Assembly (NCBI RefSeq): GCF_009914755.1
Contig: NC_060925.1
Length of the DNA stretch: 64,000 nucleotides
Reading direction: 5' to 3' (one strand)
From: the human T2T-CHM13v2.0 reference genome, Homo sapiens
A program made the translations under genes and the position numbers. Positions 56,901 to 64,000 of the stretch are shown here, one piece after another. The notes under the pieces were generated by a model, which made no database searches, had not been told where the DNA came from, and was given only the letters and a program-made list of their open reading frames with translations. How positions within the stretch are numbered: position 1 is the first letter of the stretch; each line of letters begins with the position of its first letter.

Positions 56901-59900
56901 GGAATGGAATGGAATAATCCATGGACTCGAATGCAATCATCATCGAATGGAATCGAATGGAATCATCGAATGGACTCGAATGGAATAATCATTGAACGGA
57001 ATCGAATGGAATCATCATCGGATGGAAACGAATGGAATCATCATCGAATGGAAATGAAAGGAGTCATCATCTAATGGAATTGCATGGAATCATCATAAAA
57101 TGGAATCGAATGGAATCAACATCAAATGGAATCAAATGGAATCATTGAACGGAATTGAATGGAATCGTCATCGAATGAATTGAATGCAATCATCGAATGG
57201 TCTCGAATGGAATCATCTTCACATGGAATGGAATGGAATCATCGCATAGAATCGAATGGAATTATCATCGAATGAAATCGAATGGAATCAACATCAAACG
57301 GAAAAAAACGGAATTATCGAATGGAATCGAAGAGAATCATCGAATGGACCCGAATGGAATCATCTAATGGAATGGAATGGAATAATCCATGGACTCGAAT
57401 GCAATCATCATCGAATGGAATCGAATGGAATCATCGAATGGACTCGAATGGAATAATCATTGAACGGAATCGAATGGAATCATCATCGGATGGAAATGAA
57501 TGGAATCATCATCGAATGGAATCGAATAGAATTATGGAATGAAATCCAGTGTGATCATCATCGAATGGACCCGAATGGAATCATCATCCAACGGAAGCTA
57601 ATGGAATCAACATCGAATGAATCAAATGGAAACACCATCGAATTGAAACGAATGGAATTACCATGAAATTGAAATGGATGGACTCATCATCAAATGGATT
57701 CGAGTGGAATCATCGAATAAAATTGATTGAAATCATCATCAAATGGAATCGAATGGTATCATTGAATGGAATCGAATGGAATCATCATCAGATGGAAATG
57801 AAAGGAATCGTCATAGAATGGAATTGAATGGATTCATTGAATGGAATCAGATGGAATCATTGAATGGACTGGAATGGAATCATTGAATGGACTCGAAAGG
57901 GATCATTATTGAATGGAATTGAATGGAATCATCGAATGGTCTCGATTGGAATCATTATCAAATGGAATCGAATGGAATCACCAAATAGAATCGAATGGAA
58001 CAATCATCGAATGGACTCAAATGGAATTATCCTCAAATGGAATTGAATGGAATTGTCGAATGCAATCGAATGGAATTATCGAATGCAATCGAATAGAATC
58101 ATCGAATGGACTCGAATGGAATCATCGAATGGAATGGAATGGAACAGTCAATGAACTCGAATGGAATCATCATTGAATGGAATCGAATGGAATCATCGAG
58201 TGGAATCGAATGGAATTATGATCAAATGGAATCGAATGTAATCATCATCAAATGGAATCAAAAATAACCATCATCAATTGGTATTGAATGGAATTCTCAT
58301 CAAATGGAATTCAAAGGAATCATCATCAAATGGAACCGAATGGTATCCTCATTGAATGGAAATGAAAGGGGTCATCATCTAATGGAATCGCATGGAATCA
58401 TCATCAAATGGAATCGAATGGAATCAACATCAAATGGAATCAAATGGAGTCATTGAACGGAATTGAATGGAATCGTCATCGAATGAATTGAATGCAATCA
58501 TCGAATGGTCTCGAATGGAATCATCTTCAAATGGAATGGAATGGAATCATCACATACAATCGAATGGAATTATCATCGAATGGAATCGAATGGAATCAAC
58601 ATCAAACGGAAAAAAACGGAATTATCGAATGGAATCGAAGAGAATCATCGAATGGACCCGAATGGAATCATCTAATGGAATGGAATGGAATAATCCATGG
58701 ACTCGAATGCAATCATCATCGAATGGAATCGAATGGAATCATCGAATGGTCTCGAATGGAATAATCATTGAACGGAATCGAATGGAATCATCATCGGATG
58801 GAAACGAATGGAATCATCATCGAATGGAATCGAATAGATTTATGGAATGAAATCCAGTGTGATCATCATCGAATGGACCCGAATGGAATCATCATCCAAC
58901 GGAAGCTAATGAAATCAACATCGAATGAATCAAATGGAAACACCATCGAATTGAAACGAATGGAATTACCATGAAATTGAAATGGATGGACTCATCATCA
59001 AATGGATTCGAATGGAATCATCGAATAAAATTGATTGAAATCATCATCGAATGGAATCGAATGGTATCATTGAATGGAATCGAATGGAATCATCATCAGA
59101 TGGAAATGAATGGAATCGTCATAGAATGGAATCGAATGGATTCATTGAATGGAATCAGATGGAATCATTGAATGGACTGGAATGGAATCATTGAACGGAC
59201 TCGAAAGGGATCATGATTGAATGGAATTGAATGGAATCATGGAATGGTCTCGATTGGAATCATTATCAAATGGAATCGAATGGAATCACCGAATAGAATC
59301 GAATGGAACAATCATCGAATGGACTCAAATGGAATTATCCTCAAATGGAATCGAATGGAATTATCGAATGCAATCGAATGGAATTATCGAATGCAATCGA
59401 ATAGAATCATCGAAAGGACTCGAATGGAATCATCGAATGGAATGGAATGGAACAGTCAATGAACTCGAATGGAATCATCATTGAATGGAATCGAATGGAA
59501 TCATCGAGTGGAATCGAATGGAATTATGATCAAATGGAATCGAATGTAATCATCATCAAATGGAATCAAAAATAACCATCATCAATTGGTATTGAATGGA
59601 ATTGTCATCAAATGGAATTCAAAGGAATCATCATCAAATGGAACCGAATGGAATCCTCATTGAATGGAAATGAAAGGGGTCATCATCTAATGGAATCGCA
59701 TGGAATCATCATCAAATGGAATCGAATGGAATCATCATCAAATGGAATCTAATGGAATCATTGAAAAGAATTGAATGGAATCATCATCGAATGAATTGAA
59801 TGCAATCATCGAATGGTCTCGAATGGAATCATCTTCTAATGGAAAGGAATGGAATCATCGCATAGAATCGAATGGAATTATCATCGAATGGAATCGAATG

Positions 59901-62900
59901 GTATCAACACCAAACGGAAAAAAACGGAATTATCGAATGGAATCGAAGAGAATCTTCGAACGGACACGAATGGAATCATCTAATGGAATGGAATGGAATA
60001 ATCCATGGACTCGAATGCAATCATCATCGAATGGAATCGAATGGAATCATCGAATGGACTCGAATGGAATAATCATTGAACGGAATCGAATGGAATCATC
60101 AACGGATGGAAACGAATGGAATCATCATCGAATGGAAATGAAAGGAGTCATCATCTAATGGAATTGCATGGAATCATCATAAAATGGAATCGAATGGAAT
60201 CAACATCAAATGGAATCAAATGGAATCATTGAACGGAATTGAATGGAATCGTCATCGAATGAATTGAATGCAATCATCGAATGGTCTCGAATGGAATCAT
60301 CTTCAAATGGAATGGAATGGAATCATCGCATAGAATCGAATGGAATTATCATCGAATGGAATCGAATGGAATCAACATCAAACGGAAAAAAACGGAATTA
60401 TCGAATGGAATCGAAGAGAATCATCGAATGGACCCGAATGGAATCATCTAATGGAATGGAATGGAATAATCGATGGACTCGAATGCAATCATCATCGAAT
60501 GGAATCGAATGGAATCATCGAATGGACTCGAATGGAATAATCATTGAACGGAATCGAATGGAATCATCATCGGATGGAAATGAAAGGAGTCATCATCTAA
60601 TGGAATTGCATGGAATCATCATAAAGTGGAATCGAATGGAATCAACATCAAATGGAATCAAATGGAATCATTGAACGGAATTGAATGGAATCGTCATCGA
60701 ATGAATTGAATGCAATCATCGAATGGTCTCGAATGGAATCATCTTCAAATGGAATGGAATGGAATCATCGCATAGAATCGAATGGAATTATCATCGAATG
60801 GAATCGAATGGAATCAATATCAAACGGAAAAAAACGGAATTATCGAATGGAATCGAAGAGAATCATCGAATGGACCCGAATGGAATCATCTAATGGAATG
60901 GAATGGAATAATCCATGGACTCGAATGCAATCATCATCGAATGGAATCGAATGGAATCATCGAATGGACTCGAATGGAAAAATCATTGAACGGAATCGAA
61001 TGGAATCATCATCGGATGAAAACGAATGGAATCATCATCGAATGGAAATGAAAGGAGTCATCATCTAATGGAATTGCATGGAATCATCATAAAATGGAAT
61101 CGAATGGAATCAACATCAAATGGAATCAAATGGAATCATTGAACGGAATTGAATGGAATCGTCATCGAATAAATTGAATGCAATCATCGAATGGTCTCGA
61201 ATGGAATCATCTTCAAATGGAATGGAATGGAATCATCGCATAGAATCGAATGGAATTATCATCGAATGGAATCGAATGGAATCAACATCAAACGGAAAAA
61301 AACGGAATTATCGAATGGAATCGAAGAGAATCATCGAATGGACCCGAATGGAATCATCTAATGGAATGGAATGGAATAATCCATGGACTCGAATGCAATC
61401 ATCTTCGAATGGAATCGAATGGAATCATCGAATGGACTCGAATGGAATAATCATTGAACGGAATCGAATGGAATCATCATCGGATGGAAATGAAAGGAGT
61501 CATCATCTAATGGAATTGCATGGAATCATCATAAAATGGAATCGAATGGAATCAACATCAAATGGAATCAAATGGAATCATTGAACGGAATTGAATGGAA
61601 TCGTCATCGAATGAATTGAATGCAATCATCGAATGATCTCGAATGGAATCATCTTCAAATGGAATGGAATGGAATCATCGCATAGAATCGAATGGAATTA
61701 TCATCGAATGGAATCGAATGGAATCAACATCAAACGGAAAAAAACGGAATTATCGAATGGAATCGAAGAGAATCATCGAATGGACCCGAATGGAATCATC
61801 TAATGGAATGGAATGGAATAATCCATGGACTCGAATGCAATCATCATCGAATGGAATCGAATGGAATCATCGAATGGACTCGAATGGAATAATCATTGAA
61901 CGGAATCGAATGGAATCATCATCGGATGGAAATGAATGGAATCATCATCGAATGGAATCGAATAAAATTATGGAATGAAATCCAGTGTGATCATCATCGA
62001 ATGGACCCGAATGGAATCATCATCCAACGGAAGCTAATGGAATCAACATCGAATGAATCAAATGGAAACACCATCGAATTGAAACGAATGGAATTACCAT
62101 GAAATTGAAATGGATGGACTCATCATCGAATGGATTCGAAAGGAATCATCGAATAAAATTGATTGAAATCATCATCGAATGGAATCGAATGGTATCAATG
62201 AATGGAATCGAATGGAATCATCATCAGATGGAAATGAATGGAATCGTCATAGAATGGAATCGAATGGATTCATTGAATGGAATCAGATGGAATCATCGAA
62301 TGGACTGGAATGGAATCATTGAATGGACTCGAAAGAGATCATGATTGAATGGAATTGAATGGAATCATCGAATGGTCTCGATTGGAATCATTATCAAATG
62401 GAATCGAATGGAATCACCGAATAGAATCGAATGGAACAATCATCGAATGGACTCAAATGGAATTATCCTCAAATGGAATCGAATGGAATTATCGAATGCA
62501 ATCGAATGGAATTATCGAATGCAATCGAATAGAATCATCGAATGGACTCGAATGGAATCATCGAATGGAATGGAATGGAACAGTCAATGAACTCGAATGG
62601 AATCATCATTGAATGGAATCGAATGGAATCATCGAGTGGAATCGAATGGAATTATGATCAAATGGAATCGAATGTAATCATCATCAAATGGAATCAAAAA
62701 TAACCATCATCAATTGGTATTGAATGGAATTGTCATCAAATGGAATTCAAAGGAAACATCATCAAATGGAACCGAATGGAATCCTCATTGAATGGAAATG
62801 AAAGGGGTCATCATCTAATGGAATCGCATGGAATCATCATCAAATGGAATCGAATGGAATCATCATCAAATGGAATCTAATGGAATCATTGAACAGAATT

Positions 62901-64000
62901 GAATGGAATCGTCATCGAATGAATTGAATGCAATCATCGAATGGTCTCGAATGGAACCATCTTCTAATGGAAAGGAATGGAATCATCGCATAGAATCGAA
63001 TGGAATTATCATCGAATGGAATCGAATGGTATCAACACCAAACGGAAAAAAACGGAATTATCGAATGGAATCGAAGAGAATCTTCGAACGGACCCGAATG
63101 GAATCATCTAATGGAATGGAATGGAATAATCCATGGACTCGAATGCAATCATCATCGAATGGAATCGAATGGAATCATCGAATGGACTCGAATGAAATAA
63201 TCATTGAACGGAATCGAATGGAATCATCATCGGATGGAAACGAATGGAATCATCATCGAATGGAAATGAAAGGAGTCATCATCTAATGGAATTGCATGGA
63301 ATCATCATAAAATGGAATCGAATGGAATCAACATCAAATGGAATCAAATGGAATCATTGAACGGAATTGAATGGAATCGTCATCGAATGAATTGAATGCA
63401 ATCATCGAATGGTCTCGAATGGAATCATCTTCAAATGGAATGGAATGGAATCATCGCATAGAATCGAATGGAATTATCATCGAATGGAATCGAATGGAAT
63501 CAACATCAAACGGAAAAAAACGGAATTATCGAATGGAATCGAAGAGAATCATCGAATGGACCCGAATGGAATCATCTAATGGAATGGAATGGAATAATCC
63601 ATGGACTCGAATGCAATCATCATCGAATGGAATCGAATGGAATCATCCAATGGACTCGAATGGAATAATCATTGAACGGAATCGAATGGAATCATCATCG
63701 GATGGAAATGAATGGAATCATCATCGAATGGAATCGAATAGAATTATGGAATGAAATCCAGTGTGATCATCATCGAATGGACCCGAATGGAATCATCATC
63801 CAACGGATGCTAATGGAATCAACATCGAATGAATCAAATGGAAACACCGTCGAATTGAAACGAATGGAATTACCATGAAATTGAAATGGATGGACTCATC
63901 ATCGAATGGATTTGAAAGGAATCATCGAATAAAATTGATTGAAATCATCATCGAATGGAATCGAATGGTATCATTGAATGGAATCGAATGGAATCATCAT

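Larger units (their letters stand above)
536..63875 (+). repeat. ~1776-bp higher-order repeat unit, consistent with HSat2A2 / D1Z1 (pUC1.77) of human 1q12
   Basis: Landmark ATGAAATTGAAATGGATGGA recurs at 1668, 4379, 6154, 7929, 10173, 11948, 13723, 15499, 17274, 19050, 21294, 23070, 24845 (variant), 26621, 28387, 31840, 33665, 35812, 37588, 38799, 39901, 42119, 43427, 44468, 46244, 48489, 50265, 52188, 53964, 55887, 57663, 58971, 62099 and 63875, with modal spacing 1775/1776. EcoRI sites at 536 and 2312. The chromosome assignment is inference from the known 1.77 kb EcoRI repeat. Confidence 0.85.
1..64000 (+). repeat. Human satellite II (HSat2/HSATII) tandem array, GGAAT-rich strand on +
   Basis: Continuous GAATGGAATCGAATGGAATC(ATC)1-2 pattern, i.e. 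the reverse complement of the (ATTCCATTCG)+(ATG)1-2 23/26-bp HSat2 signature. TCGA sites are dense. No unique sequence or strand switch seen. Confidence 0.98.

Noticed and set aside
143-63878. Hundreds of short + strand ORFs (MESSSNELN..., MKLKWMDSS..., up to 217 aa at 29656-30309)
   Set aside because: They are translations of the GGAAT repeat. They overlap in several frames, are low-complexity (W/N/E/S/M/I), recur with the repeat period, and are freely broken by stops and frameshifts between copies. No recognisable domain.
1-64000. CRISPR-like array or prokaryotic repeat system
   Set aside because: There are no unique spacers, leader or cas-like ORFs. The sequence between motifs is itself repeated satellite.
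1-64000. HSat3 (e.g. DYZ1 or 9q12) or alpha satellite
   Set aside because: Perfect GGAAT runs are short (about 3-4 copies) and ATCATC/TCGA interruptions dominate, which is the HSat2 pattern. There is no 171-bp period or CENP-B box.

Overview
The whole 64 kb window is one uninterrupted, single-orientation array of classical human satellite II (HSat2/HSATII). It is a diverged (GGAAT)n repeat rich in GAATGGAATC and ATCATC, with many TCGA sites. The dominant higher-order unit is 1775-1776 bp and normally carries one EcoRI site (GAATTC at 536 and 2312, 1776 apart). This matches the known 1.77 kb HSat2A2/D1Z1 (pUC1.77) repeat of human 1q12, an assignment inferred from period and motif rather than from alignment. 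I find no genes, RNA genes, transposons or CRISPR arrays, and all ORFs in the track are artefacts of the repeat. The informative signal is the array's internal architecture. Unit length follows about 840 + 468n bp with n = 1-5 copies of an internal module. There are young tandem duplications (2244 and 3699 bp), a trimer-like super-period in the left half, and dispersed haplotype blocks repeated at 14.4, 19.1 and 26.3 kb offsets. The right half holds a cluster of microhomology-bounded deletions and template-switch patches. All lengths were derived by hand from landmark motifs and ORF-track offsets. I do not see support for a novel gene-based system.
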